DNA from: Spirochaetaceae bacterium
GTDB taxonomy: Bacteria > Spirochaetota > Spirochaetia > Treponematales > Breznakiellaceae
Direction: 5' to 3'
Length of the DNA stretch: 33,192 nt
Assembly (NCBI GenBank): GCA_031257075.1
Contig: JAIRPM010000169.1
Location: forward strand, 1-33,192
The position numbers were made by a program, and so were the translations under genes. Below the pieces are notes generated by a model. It saw only the letters and a list, made by a program, of their open reading frames with translations, was not told the origin of the DNA and made no database searches. Each line of letters opens with the position of its first letter. Within the stretch, counting starts at the first letter, position 1. This document shows positions 17,061 to 26,419 of the stretch, piece after piece.

Positions 17061-17828
17061 ATGAGTATTCATAACTTAATGGAAGAGGCGGTTTTTGCCG
17101 AAATCGAGCAGATTTGCGCGTCAATGGAGGATGAAATACGGCGCGGTAACAAGCAGTACGAAGGGGTCTGCACCTGCGCCTATTGCCGCCTTGATGCCGC
17201 ATGCTATGTGCTGAACCGCATAAAACCGAGTTATATCGTATCGGGGCGCGGGATAACCCATGCCGCGCGGGACACTTTTGAAAAACAGCAGAAAATGACC
17301 GATATATCAATCCTGGTCTATGAGGCGATGCTGCAAGTCGGCCACAACCGCCGCCCCAATATTGACCACCATGCGGCAAAGGACAAGCCGCCGCCCGCGC
17401 CGCGAGGGATTTTCTTTAACATTCCGGCTATTTACGGGCGCATTCTCCATGGTTGTAACTTTGCGCCGATGAACGGCATCGATGTGTATCTTTTTTATGA
17501 AGGGCAGGCGGTGCGTATGAAAAATGTCAATTGGAATAACCCCTGCAAACTCAATGATAAAACCGAAGGGGCCTATACGTTCTGGCCGGAAGCGGTGCAG
17601 GCGCGCTGCCTTGGCGAAACAAAGGCGTTCAACTATCAAGTGCAGGCGGAAGCGCCCGGCTTTGAACCGCTGCGCCATTCATTTGTCATACCGGTAGAAA
17701 GCGACGGCACCAGCGATACCTCATTTTCAATGTCGCGGGCTTTTCAGTTGACCGATTTGTATATGTTCCCATGCGAAAGCGCCGCGCCTGAACAAGCGCC
17801 GCGCAAAACGCTTTCTCCGGCATGTTAG
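17061..17828 (+). CDS. ComFB-domain protein fused to a C-terminal beta-sandwich (CarboxypepD_reg-like) domain
   Basis: The N-terminus NLMEEAVFAEIEQIC........CTCAYCRLDAACYVLNRIKPSYI matches the late-competence ComFB family Cys pattern. The C-terminus (IYGRILHG...GIDVYLFYEG...EGAYTF...YQVQAEAPGFEP) looks like a carboxypeptidase-regulatory-like fold. I start it at the ATG at 17061, not the TTG at 16998. Confidence 0.65.
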   Translation: MSIHNLMEEAVFAEIEQICASMEDEIRRGNKQYEGVCTCAYCRLDAACYVLNRIKPSYIVSGRGITHAARDTFEKQQKMTDISILVYEAMLQVGHNRRPNIDHHAAKDKPPPAPRGIFFNIPAIYGRILHGCNFAPMNGIDVYLFYEGQAVRMKNVNWNNPCKLNDKTEGAYTFWPEAVQARCLGETKAFNYQVQAEAPGFEPLRHSFVIPVESDGTSDTSFSMSRAFQLTDLYMFPCESAAPEQAPRKTLSPAC

Positions 17829-17858
17829 AATCCGCATACCAATAAAGGAACCCGCGAT

Positions 17859-18974
17859 ATGGCAAAAATAAAAGTGGGGATTTTGTGCGGCGGCAAAAGC
17901 GCCGAACACGAAGTTTCAATACAGTCGGCGCTGAATGTTTACGAAGCGATAGACCGCAGTCTATACGAACCGTACCTTGTCGGTATAGACAAAAGCGGGC
18001 GCTGGTATTTTGATACGGGTGATGTTCAGCGTTTCATCCTAAACCGCGCGGACCCGGCGCGTATCAAATTGAATTATACCTGCGGGCAGTCCGCGCTCGT
18101 TCCCGAAGGGGCGGGCGCTCTGTACAGTTTGGATACAGGCGCGGTAAAAACACGGTTGGACGTAGTGTTCCCGCTGCTCCATGGGCCTAATGGCGAGGAC
18201 GGCACCGTGCAGGGGCTGCTCAAACTTGCGGGAATCCCGTTTGTAGGGGCGGGTGTTTTGGGGTCGGCGGCCGGGATGGACAAAGATGCCTGCAAACGCC
18301 TGCTGCGCGATGCGGGTATTCCGGTCGCCCGCTGGATTTGCCTGAAAAAGAACGCGCCGCGCCCGCCGTTTGAAACAATAGAAGCGGCGCTGGGGATGCC
18401 GTTTTTCATCAAACCGGCAAATATGGGTTCATCGGTCGGGGTAAACAAAGCGCACACCGAATCCGAATACTATGCTTTTTTGGATAACGCTTTTTTGTAT
18501 GATACAAAAGTGCTTGTAGAAGAAGCGGTAGAGGGGCGCGAAATTGAATGCGCTGTTTTGGGTAATGGCGAATGCGGGGCGGAGCCGCCGAGGGCTTCCG
18601 TTCCGGGGGAAATCATCCCTACGCATGAGTTTTATTCGTATGACGCGAAGTATTTGGACGAAAACGGCGCCGCCCTCAAAATTCCCGCCGAATTGCCCGA
18701 AGAAAAGCGCGGCGAAATACAGGCGCTCGCGCTTAAAACATTTGCAGCGCTCTGTTGTGAAGGGTTAAGCCGCGTTGATATGTTTCTCAAAAAAGACGGC
18801 GGCCTGATTGTCAATGAAATTAACACGATGCCGGGTTTTACCAAAATCAGTATGTATCCTAAATTGTGGGAAGCAAGCGGAATTCCTTACGCGCATCTGA
18901 TTGACCGGCTGATACGCCTTGCCATCGAACGGCATACGGCCGAAAAAAGCCTGCGAAACAGTTTCCTTAATTGA
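17859..18974 (+). CDS. ddl: D-alanine--D-alanine ligase
   Basis: KVGILCGGKSAEHEVSIQSA, HGPNGEDGTVQGLLKLAGIPFVG, FIKPANMGSSVG and VNEINTMPGFT are ATP-grasp Ddl signatures. Confidence 0.95.
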   Translation: MAKIKVGILCGGKSAEHEVSIQSALNVYEAIDRSLYEPYLVGIDKSGRWYFDTGDVQRFILNRADPARIKLNYTCGQSALVPEGAGALYSLDTGAVKTRLDVVFPLLHGPNGEDGTVQGLLKLAGIPFVGAGVLGSAAGMDKDACKRLLRDAGIPVARWICLKKNAPRPPFETIEAALGMPFFIKPANMGSSVGVNKAHTESEYYAFLDNAFLYDTKVLVEEAVEGREIECAVLGNGECGAEPPRASVPGEIIPTHEFYSYDAKYLDENGAALKIPAELPEEKRGEIQALALKTFAALCCEGLSRVDMFLKKDGGLIVNEINTMPGFTKISMYPKLWEASGIPYAHLIDRLIRLAIERHTAEKSLRNSFLN

Positions 18975-19759
18975 CACCTATAACGCCGGAAGACATTGTT
19001 ATTGTACTTTGCCGCCCGTCCGAAAGCGGCAATATAGGCGCTGTCTGCCGCGCAATGATGAATATGGGTTTTACACGCCTGCGCCTTGTCGCGCCGGAAA
19101 ACGTTGACGCAGGCCGCGTCCTTGAACGCGCCGTACATGCCGGGCCGGTGTGGCATGCCGCGCAAACATTTGCCACACTTCGCGAAGCGCTTGCCGGCTG
19201 CTCATTTGTTGCGGGAGCAACACGGCGGCGCGGTGAAAAACGCAAATCATCCACGATGAGCGCCCGCGAACTGGCCGGATTTATCCGCGGCCGCAAAGCG
19301 GCGGCCGCATCTGCGGGCGCATCTGCGGCGGCAAATGCGCCCGTGGCCGCCGTTGTTTTTGGCAACGAACGCGCCGGCCTTGACAGCGGGGAACTGGCGC
19401 TCTGCGACATTGCAACGCATATACCGGTTTCCGGCGCGTTCCCTTCGCTCAATTTATCCCATGCGGTGCAAATTTATTGTTATGAATTGGCGCTGGCTCT
19501 TGCGGAGGAGGATACGCCTCCTGAAGGCCGCTGGGTGCCTCTTGTCCGCGAAGAAATAGAAGCCCTCTGTGATGACACATACCGTACCCTTCAAAAATTC
19601 GGCTTTTATCAAAAATCAGAAAACCGCGAACAATGGGAATTTTTCCGTGATATCATAGCCCGCGCCGCCCTAACCCGCCGTGAAGCGGACTATCTGCGCC
19701 GCATTGTGCTGAAAGCCGCTCATTACCCAGGCAGCGCCGCCCCTTGCCCGGCGCCTTAA
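18971..19759 (+). CDS. SpoU/TrmH-family RNA 2'-O-methyltransferase (TrmJ-like)
   Basis: VLCRPSESGNIGAVCRAMMNMG, VFGNERAGL and IP.....SLNLSHAVQIYCYE are the SpoU methylase motifs. The TTG start overlaps the ddl stop. Confidence 0.8.
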   Translation: MTPITPEDIVIVLCRPSESGNIGAVCRAMMNMGFTRLRLVAPENVDAGRVLERAVHAGPVWHAAQTFATLREALAGCSFVAGATRRRGEKRKSSTMSARELAGFIRGRKAAAASAGASAAANAPVAAVVFGNERAGLDSGELALCDIATHIPVSGAFPSLNLSHAVQIYCYELALALAEEDTPPEGRWVPLVREEIEALCDDTYRTLQKFGFYQKSENREQWEFFRDIIARAALTRREADYLRRIVLKAAHYPGSAAPCPAP

Positions 19760-19772
19760 TCTGAGGTATTAT
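19744..19772 (+). promoter_or_regulatory. promoter abutting the metallopeptidase-lipoprotein start codon (leaderless candidate)
   Basis: TTGCCC (19744-19749), a 17-nt spacer, TATTAT (19767-19772), then 6 nt to the ATG at 19779. It lies inside the 3' end of the upstream methyltransferase gene. Confidence 0.4.
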
Positions 19773-19778
19773 AGAGAT

Positions 19779-21419
19779 ATGAATACACGGCTTTTTTTAT
19801 GCGTCATTATTGCGGCAATGCTGGCGGTTTCATGTCAAGATGAAATACCGCCTGCGGGAACGGTGAATGTTCCATTGAACTACAATGAAAGCGAAAGCGG
19901 TCCCAGCCTAACGCCTATCAACTTTGGTAAATATGACCAGACTGCGCTGGTAACTATGCCGGCAAACGGGCACAGCGTTATTCTTGTCAAATTGAATACC
20001 GGTACCGCGGGAGTTCCGTACAGCAAGACAGGCTCTGTAACCGAGAGTTCCGGCGGCAGGTCGGCGGCCGATACGCCCGAAACGCCGGTGTTTTCCGCGA
20101 TGCGTTCTCTGGCGGCCGGCGGGGAAACGGACGGAGGCTATAAGCACTATGCCCTCGCGCAGGAATTCAACGCAAATCCCCCGGTATTCACCGATGCCCC
20201 CGCCGCCCGGCAGGCTTTTGCCCGTTCTGATGACACGGTCATTCCTGCCCCCTCCCCCGCCGCCCTAAACGACACAAAATCCTTTTGGATAACCAACGCA
20301 AACAATACATTTATTTCAAAAAGCGGAATGCTGAAAGGTTTGTCTACGCATGCCGAAGTCTGGGTTCTGGCCGAATCCAATAATATTAGTGATACCAATG
20401 CGCAGGCTATCGCCGAAAAGTTTGACTTGATTTACGATAAAGAAACCGAGCTTCTTGGGTATGAATACGGCGGCGGGCCGGGCGGTAGCGGCGGTGTTGA
20501 TATAAATCCCAAAGTCCTGATTCTTGTATACGATATATGCGAAACCAACGTTGTCGGCTATTTTTGGGCAAAAGATTATTATACCGACGCGGAGTTGAGC
20601 GCGTATGGCTATAAATCAAACGGAGCCGAAATATTTTATATGGATTCTCAATACTATAAAGGACAGGACGGCCCCAATCTTATCTATTCGACACTTGCGC
20701 ATGAATTCCAACATATGATTCATTTCAATCAAAAAGTTGTCAAAGAAAGGCGCAACCTCAACAGCGCGGCATGGTATAACGAAATGCTTTCGCTTCTTGC
20801 CGAAGATGTTATCAGCCCGCTTATCGGTATAGCGCCGTCAATGAGCGGCCACCCGGTAACGCTCCGTTTCCCGACGTTTAAAAACTATTACTGGTTTTCG
20901 GGCGTAAATCAATTGAACACAAATGACGCGCGAGCCGCTTATTCGTATGCGAATGTATATGGATTTGGCGCATACCTGGTACGCAATTACGGCGGCCCCG
21001 CGCTCTTGCAGGCTATGGTAACAAATGCTTATACCGATGAAAAATCTATCGAAAAAGCCGTAAAAACGATTACCGGAGACGAGGTCTCATTTTCTACGCT
21101 CTACGAGCAATTCCCCGCCGTTATGCTTAACCGCACCCAGTCCGGCAAAACTTTTAACAAAGAGGCGGCAGGGGTGATAAACGGCACAACTTATACCTTT
21201 TCCCCCATTGATATTGGTGACGGCCCTCTTGTTTTTGCCAAAAATTCTTTTTTGACAACGGTAAAGCGGATACCCAGTTTTGACGATACAACCGGCATTC
21301 CGCCAAAAGGCATTATTCTAGAATCGGCACATGAATGGGTGTCTATAACATCAAATCTTTCGCTTACGATTGCGCGCCCAAGCAGCGCATTTGTCCGTCT
21401 GTATATTATGGTGTTGTAA
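19779..21419 (+). CDS. lipoprotein with an HExxH zinc-metallopeptidase motif (possibly M30/hyicolysin-like)
   Basis: It has the lipobox MLAVSCQ and a single HExxH in the context STLAHEFQHMIHFN. The family assignment is from memory of the HEFQH motif only. Confidence 0.6.
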   Translation: MNTRLFLCVIIAAMLAVSCQDEIPPAGTVNVPLNYNESESGPSLTPINFGKYDQTALVTMPANGHSVILVKLNTGTAGVPYSKTGSVTESSGGRSAADTPETPVFSAMRSLAAGGETDGGYKHYALAQEFNANPPVFTDAPAARQAFARSDDTVIPAPSPAALNDTKSFWITNANNTFISKSGMLKGLSTHAEVWVLAESNNISDTNAQAIAEKFDLIYDKETELLGYEYGGGPGGSGGVDINPKVLILVYDICETNVVGYFWAKDYYTDAELSAYGYKSNGAEIFYMDSQYYKGQDGPNLIYSTLAHEFQHMIHFNQKVVKERRNLNSAAWYNEMLSLLAEDVISPLIGIAPSMSGHPVTLRFPTFKNYYWFSGVNQLNTNDARAAYSYANVYGFGAYLVRNYGGPALLQAMVTNAYTDEKSIEKAVKTITGDEVSFSTLYEQFPAVMLNRTQSGKTFNKEAAGVINGTTYTFSPIDIGDGPLVFAKNSFLTTVKRIPSFDDTTGIPPKGIILESAHEWVSITSNLSLTIARPSSAFVRLYIMVL

Positions 21420-21422
21420 TTT

Positions 21423-23771
21423 ATGGAATATCCCGGCTATCTGCGCTGTTTGAATGCGGAACAACGGGAAGCGGCGCTTCATACCGGAAAACCCCTTCTC
21501 ATTCTGGCCGGCGCGGGAGCGGGCAAAACACGGGTCATAACAAGCAAAATAGCCTATTTTATACAGGAATTGGGCTGCGCGCCGCAGTCAATACTTGCCG
21601 TAACATTTACCAACAAAGCCGCCCGCGAAATGCAGGAACGCGCCTGCGCTCTGGACAGCCGCGCCGGCAATGTGATGATACGTACCTTTCATTCATTTGG
21701 GGCATGGTTTCTGCGCCGTTACGGATATACAGCCGGCCTTATGCAAAATTTTACGATATATGACGATTCCGGTTCGGAAAGCCTTGTATCAAAGGCGCTG
21801 GCAACCGGCGTGGCGGAACATTCCGGCGGCATACGCCATTCCTCGTCCCGGTCGGATGTAAAAACATTTGCGCATAACATTGCGCTTGCAAAAGATTATT
21901 TATATTCACCCGAAAATGCTGAACTTAGTTTGATAAATCATGGTAAGCAATTTCCCGCGATATATGCCGAATATGAAAAAGCGCTCGCGCAGAGCGGGAA
22001 TGTTGATTTTGGCGATTTAATTAAAAAGCCTGTTGAAATTCTGAAAAGCAATGAAGAACTTGCCGCGCATATACGCAGCCGGTTTCGCATCATTTTTGTT
22101 GACGAGTATCAGGACGCGAATATTGCGCAATTTGAACTGCTCAAAGCGCTGTTTGGGAAAGCCGGCTCCGAAGAAGCGCCCTATTTATGTGTTGTCGGCG
22201 ATGATGACCAGTCGATTTACCGTTTCCGCGGCGCGGAGGTGAAGAATATTCTGCAATTCCGCGAGCAGTTTGGCGGGGCAGACCAAATAAAACTGGAACG
22301 CAATTACCGGTCAAAACAGGAAATTTTGAGTCTGGCCAATTCCGTTATCGCGCATAACAAAGGCCGTCTGGGGAAAGCCCTCATCGCCGAACGCGGCTCA
22401 GGCTCGCTGCCGCGCCTTGTCTATGTAGACAACCAGGACAAGGAAGCCGCTTTTTGCGCGGAACTTATCGCGCAGTCGGTCAAAAACGGCGCAAAGTATG
22501 CCGATTGGGCAATTTTGTACCGCACCAACGCGCAGTCGCGCAAGTTTGAAATTGAATTTTTGCGGGAGAAAATTCCTTACCGCATTATCGGCAGTTTGAA
22601 ATTTTATGAACGCGAAGAAATAAAAGACGCGCTCAGCCTGCTTGCTTTTACTATCAATCCCCGCGATGAATTTGCGTTTCGCCGCGTTATAAACAAGCCG
22701 GCGCGCGGGCTGGGCAAAGCGGCGCTCGAAAAAATAACCGCGGCGGCAGCAAGCCCCGAAATTCCTGAGGACATACGCTGGAATCTGGAAGAGGCCTGTC
22801 TATCGGTAAAAGATACATTGAGCGCAAAAGCAAAAAATGGGCTGCAGGAATTTCTGTCCGCGCTTAAGCATGCCCGCGCGCTGCTGCTGGCTGAAACCCC
22901 TATGTCAGATAGTGATACGCAGCAACAGCGCCATAAAAATTTGATAAAAGCCTCCGAAAGGAGCCTTGCCGGCTGTGTGGCCGTCCTGCTCAACGAAACC
23001 GGTCTTGCCGAATATTACCATGATTCGGACGAAGAAGCATCCGAAGAACGCCTTAACAACCTGCAAGGATTGGTAAATGACGCGGTGTCGTTTCCCCGCA
23101 GCGCCGAAGGGCTTGTTACTTTTTTGGACCGGATTGAATTGGACAAATCGCTTGATACTGCCGAAGATGAATCGCAAAAAGACCGCGTGAATTTGATAAC
23201 GCTTCACAATACAAAAGGCATGGAATTCAAACGGGTTGTTATTACAGCCTGCGAGCAGGGTGTTTTTCCGCGGGACGGCAAAAAAGGGGAAGATTTGGAG
23301 GAGGAGCGCCGGCTTTTTTATGTGGGAGCAACTCGCGCTATGGACGAATTATACTTTACCTGTGCCGAAAGCCGCTTCATTTTTGGAGAGGACAGGCATC
23401 AAACACCGTCTATTTTTCTAAAGGAAGCGGACAGCGATTTTTTGGAAACAATAGACCGCCGCGTTTTTTTGAACAGTTGGCCCAGAGGCTTATATTCAGA
23501 AAGAGGCGGATTTTCCGGCGTTTCAAGCGCGTTTGCTAAACGGTACGGGGGCAAGAACGGCTGGGGCATCAGCCGGAATGCCGTGTCATCAAGCGATGGC
23601 CGCTGGACTGTAGGCGACCGGCTTTTTCATGATGATGAAGGATACGGCGGTGTCTGCGCCATCGAAGAAACAGAAGACGGCCCGGTTATCAAAGCCCAGT
23701 TTGAAACAGGGCGCGTCCGCCACTTTTTAAGCGAATCACAGAGCGGCGCGTTTATGAAAATAAAGGATTAA
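21423..23771 (+). CDS. UvrD/PcrA/Rep-family ATP-dependent DNA helicase
   Basis: LNAEQREAA......LILAGAGAGKTRVIT (Walker A), AVTFTNKAAREM, VDEYQDAN, GDDDQSIYRFRGA, LERNYRS, TLHNTKGMEFK and YVGATRA are the SF1 helicase motifs I-VI. The C-terminal tail is Tudor-like. Confidence 0.92.
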   Translation: MEYPGYLRCLNAEQREAALHTGKPLLILAGAGAGKTRVITSKIAYFIQELGCAPQSILAVTFTNKAAREMQERACALDSRAGNVMIRTFHSFGAWFLRRYGYTAGLMQNFTIYDDSGSESLVSKALATGVAEHSGGIRHSSSRSDVKTFAHNIALAKDYLYSPENAELSLINHGKQFPAIYAEYEKALAQSGNVDFGDLIKKPVEILKSNEELAAHIRSRFRIIFVDEYQDANIAQFELLKALFGKAGSEEAPYLCVVGDDDQSIYRFRGAEVKNILQFREQFGGADQIKLERNYRSKQEILSLANSVIAHNKGRLGKALIAERGSGSLPRLVYVDNQDKEAAFCAELIAQSVKNGAKYADWAILYRTNAQSRKFEIEFLREKIPYRIIGSLKFYEREEIKDALSLLAFTINPRDEFAFRRVINKPARGLGKAALEKITAAAASPEIPEDIRWNLEEACLSVKDTLSAKAKNGLQEFLSALKHARALLLAETPMSDSDTQQQRHKNLIKASERSLAGCVAVLLNETGLAEYYHDSDEEASEERLNNLQGLVNDAVSFPRSAEGLVTFLDRIELDKSLDTAEDESQKDRVNLITLHNTKGMEFKRVVITACEQGVFPRDGKKGEDLEEERRLFYVGATRAMDELYFTCAESRFIFGEDRHQTPSIFLKEADSDFLETIDRRVFLNSWPRGLYSERGGFSGVSSAFAKRYGGKNGWGISRNAVSSSDGRWTVGDRLFHDDEGYGGVCAIEETEDGPVIKAQFETGRVRHFLSESQSGAFMKIKD

Positions 23772-23783
23772 AAGGCGGGCAGC

Positions 23784-24275
23784 GTGAAAAAAATCACCTT
23801 GAACGGCGTGTTTGCGCTTACAGCGGGAATTTTGGCGGCGTTTATAGCGCTCGGCACGGCTGCGGTATTTGCCGCCGGCCCGCGTCCCGCGCGGGCGGCA
23901 GATTCCGGCATACAAGCAGATGCGGCTTCTGGAAATGATGCCTCCTCCTCTGAAAGCGCGCGCATGTGGACAGGGCTTGGCCGGCTGCGCTGTCCGCTTA
24001 AACCGCTCAAAGGAACAACTACCGCGCCTACAGTGGTAGTTACCATTGCCTTTTCGTACAACCGAGCGGATTCAGCCTTTACTTACGAACTTGCCCGCAA
24101 CAATGCCCGCTTCCGCGGGGAAACCCTCAAGTTCTTTGCCGCGCTCGATATAGCGTCCCCGCTTCTAAACGATGAAAGCATCCTTAAACAAAAATTATTA
24201 GAACGCTTTAACGCGCCTCTAAGGCTCGGCAAAATTTCCGCTCTCTTTTTTTCAGAGTACATTTTAATAGACTAG
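23784..24275 (+). CDS. FliL-like membrane protein
   Basis: It has a GTG start with AAGG upstream and an N-terminal TM segment. The C-terminus VVVTIAFSYNRADSAF..ELARNNARFRGETLKFF....I....DE..LKQKLLERFNAPLRLGKISALFFSEYIL follows the FliL family pattern. Confidence 0.45.
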   Translation: MKKITLNGVFALTAGILAAFIALGTAAVFAAGPRPARAADSGIQADAASGNDASSSESARMWTGLGRLRCPLKPLKGTTTAPTVVVTIAFSYNRADSAFTYELARNNARFRGETLKFFAALDIASPLLNDESILKQKLLERFNAPLRLGKISALFFSEYILID

Positions 24276-24320
24276 GGCAACGCAGATTAAATCCTCGATT
24301 GCATAAATCAGCGCTTTCCC
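24275..24320. repeat. copy D of the dispersed palindromic element (long-loop variant)
   Basis: GGGCAACGCAGATTA-AATCCTCGATTGCA-TAAATCAGCGCTTTCCC, between the convergent FliL-like and cbiO genes. Confidence 0.8.
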
Positions 24321-24347
24321 AGTCCGTACTCTGTTTTCGTTCCGTTT

Positions 24348-25109
24348 CTACAGCCCGCAGTCTTCCATAAGAGCGGTATCTGCGAAGATGCCGGAAGCGC
24401 TGCCGTCGGCGCGGATAGTGGCGGCGGTTTTTCCCTGACCGGCCGCGAGGATGAGGGCGCGGCCGCATACAGCCGCGGCAAAATCAATATCATGGGTGGC
24501 AATAATCATGGTTTGCGGCAATTCATTAAGGACGGCGATAAGCCGCCGCCGGCTTTTGGGGTCAAGAAAAGCGGTCGGTTCGTCAAGCAGAAGCAGCGCC
24601 GGCTCCATTACCAGCACCGAGGCGAGCGCTCCCAGCCGTTTTTCCCCGCCGGACAATTTATGGCTTAGGCGGTTTTTGAGATGGCCGATATTCAGCGCGT
24701 CAAGCTGCGCGGCGCAGCGGCGTTCAATTTCGGCGGAAGAAGGCGCCGGTTTTCCTGATTTTTCGGATAATTTTGCCCAGTTACGCGGCCCAAAGGCGAC
24801 ATCTTCTATAAGGGTAGGCATGAAAAGCTGTTCGTCGGGGTTTTGAAAGACCAATCCGGCCGCGCGGCGCACGGCGGCAAGATTCGCATGGGTTACCGAA
24901 AGGCCGTCGATGGTTATCGTGCCCGTATGCGCGGGAATAATGCCCACCATGGAAAGGAGCAGTGTGGATTTGCCCGCGCCATTTGCGCCGACAAGCGCGA
25001 TACGCTCGCCGCGTTCCGCCGTAAAATTCACATTTTCCAGCACATGGCCTTCCCGCGAAGCCGGGTAGGCAAGAGACAAGTTTTCAACACTGACGATAGG
25101 ATTTTCCAT
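24348..25109 (-). CDS. cbiO: ECF/cobalt-type ABC transporter ATP-binding protein
   Basis: Walker A GANGAGKST, VFQNPDEQLF, signature LSGGEKR and Walker B LLLDEPTA. I start it at the ATG at 25109 (MENPIVSVENL). The 82-aa N-terminal extension in the track ORF is not ABC-like. Confidence 0.85.
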   Translation of the reverse strand: MENPIVSVENLSLAYPASREGHVLENVNFTAERGERIALVGANGAGKSTLLLSMVGIIPAHTGTITIDGLSVTHANLAAVRRAAGLVFQNPDEQLFMPTLIEDVAFGPRNWAKLSEKSGKPAPSSAEIERRCAAQLDALNIGHLKNRLSHKLSGGEKRLGALASVLVMEPALLLLDEPTAFLDPKSRRRLIAVLNELPQTMIIATHDIDFAAAVCGRALILAAGQGKTAATIRADGSASGIFADTALMEDCGL

Positions 25110-25192
25110 TTCTCTTTTTCGTAAAGTGTAACAGCAACCGCGCAAGACAACCAGTGATAAAGCGGTTCTGTAGGACAAGACAACGCGCCCTC

Positions 25193-25220
25193 TTGCATAA
25201 AAAGAGCGTTTGAGTATACT
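25193..25220 (+). promoter_or_regulatory. candidate promoter for cbiM-cbiQ
   Basis: TTGCAT (25193-25198), a 16-nt spacer, then TATACT (25215-25220). This leaves a leader of about 120 nt before the AAGGAG SD and the ATG at 25347. Confidence 0.4.
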
Positions 25221-25346
25221 GAGTGTGTCAGCGCCATGAAGGCGTCCGCGAAAATATTCCCAATCGCATAACTCCGCACGAAGCGGGGGATACATACATG
25301 AAACTGTGAGCGGAAGAATCCGCCGCCTGTTTCTCAAGGAGTTATT

Positions 25347-26417
25347 ATGCACATGTCAGATGCTTTGCTTTCGCCCGCTGTGGGCGGAGCCATGCTCGCG
25401 GTAAGCGCGGGCGCAATCGCTCTTGCGGTAAAAAAAACCGCAGGTTTACATCTGGATAACGCGGCCGCGGGAGGGCAAACCGAGTTTGGACAAACTTCAT
25501 TTGCTTCAAAAATTCCCCTTATGGGCGTTATGGGCGCGTTTATTTTTGCCGGCCAGATGATTAATTTTACGATACCCGGCACCGGTTCGTCCGGGCACAT
25601 AGGCGGCGGCGTTTTGCTTGCCGCCGTGCTGGGAGCATGGCCGGCGCTTATTACGCTTGCCTCGGTATTGCTGATTCAATGCCTGTTTTTCGCGGATGGC
25701 GGCCTGCTTGCTTACGGGTGTAACGTCTTTAATATGGGCGTTACCAGTTGTCTTTTGGCGTATACGTTTATTTACAAACCAATTACGCGCAATTCCGTCA
25801 ATCAAAAAACGATAACGCTAGGCTCTATTCTGGCGGTAGTCGCGGGATTGCAGGTTGGCGCTTTTTGCGTAACGCTGGAAACGGCGGTTTCCGGCATTAC
25901 CGAATTGCCCTTTGGCCTGTTTGTGCTTGCGATGCAGCCGATACACCTTGCCATCGGCCTTGTCGAGGGCATAGTAACGGCGGTAGTGCTTTGCTACATT
26001 CATACCGTCCGTCCCGGCCTGCTCGTAGAAGCTCTTGAAAATCGTCCTGAAACGGCAATTCCTTCGCGTTTCACGCTCAAAAAGGTGATTATTTCGATTG
26101 CTATTCTCGCTGTGATAACCGCCGCGGGGCTTTCTCTTTTTGCGTCCGCGTATCCTGACGGCCTTGAATGGTCGATGGAACGGACGGCAGGCACGGCTGA
26201 ACTTGAACGTGAGGGGGCGGTGTATGATGCCGCCGCCGGTGTGGTCGAAAAAACAGCCTTTATGCCTGATTATGGTTTTAAGTCGGCTTCGCCTGATGGC
26301 GGCGGCGCGGCGGGTACAGCCAGCGCGGGGCTTGTGGGCAGTTTAATAACGGTTGTGTTTATTGCCGCTCTAGGTTTTGCGATTTATGCGCTGCGGCGGA
26401 AGCGAAAGACCGCATAA
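25347..26417 (+). CDS. cbiM: ECF transporter substrate-capture permease CbiM/NikM fused to a PDGLE domain
   Basis: It has the N-terminal MHMSDALLSPAVGG typical of CbiM/NikM and is polytopic. The C-terminal SAYPDGLEWSMERT is the PDGLE motif, followed by a final TM segment. Confidence 0.85.
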   Translation: MHMSDALLSPAVGGAMLAVSAGAIALAVKKTAGLHLDNAAAGGQTEFGQTSFASKIPLMGVMGAFIFAGQMINFTIPGTGSSGHIGGGVLLAAVLGAWPALITLASVLLIQCLFFADGGLLAYGCNVFNMGVTSCLLAYTFIYKPITRNSVNQKTITLGSILAVVAGLQVGAFCVTLETAVSGITELPFGLFVLAMQPIHLAIGLVEGIVTAVVLCYIHTVRPGLLVEALENRPETAIPSRFTLKKVIISIAILAVITAAGLSLFASAYPDGLEWSMERTAGTAELEREGAVYDAAAGVVEKTAFMPDYGFKSASPDGGGAAGTASAGLVGSLITVVFIAALGFAIYALRRKRKTA

Positions 26418-26419
26418 CC

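Noticed and set aside
25110-25346. A cobalamin riboswitch upstream of cbiM or cbiO.
   Set aside because: I found only loose resemblances in the right order on the plus strand: CGCGAAAATATTCC versus GGTGAAAATCC, ACTGTGAGCGG, and GGAAGAATCCGCC versus the B12 box. The canonical GGGAA, CCCGCCACTG and GCCAGGAGACCTGCC elements are not present. The leader (about 120 nt) is also short for the classical class. A covariance-model scan is needed to settle it.
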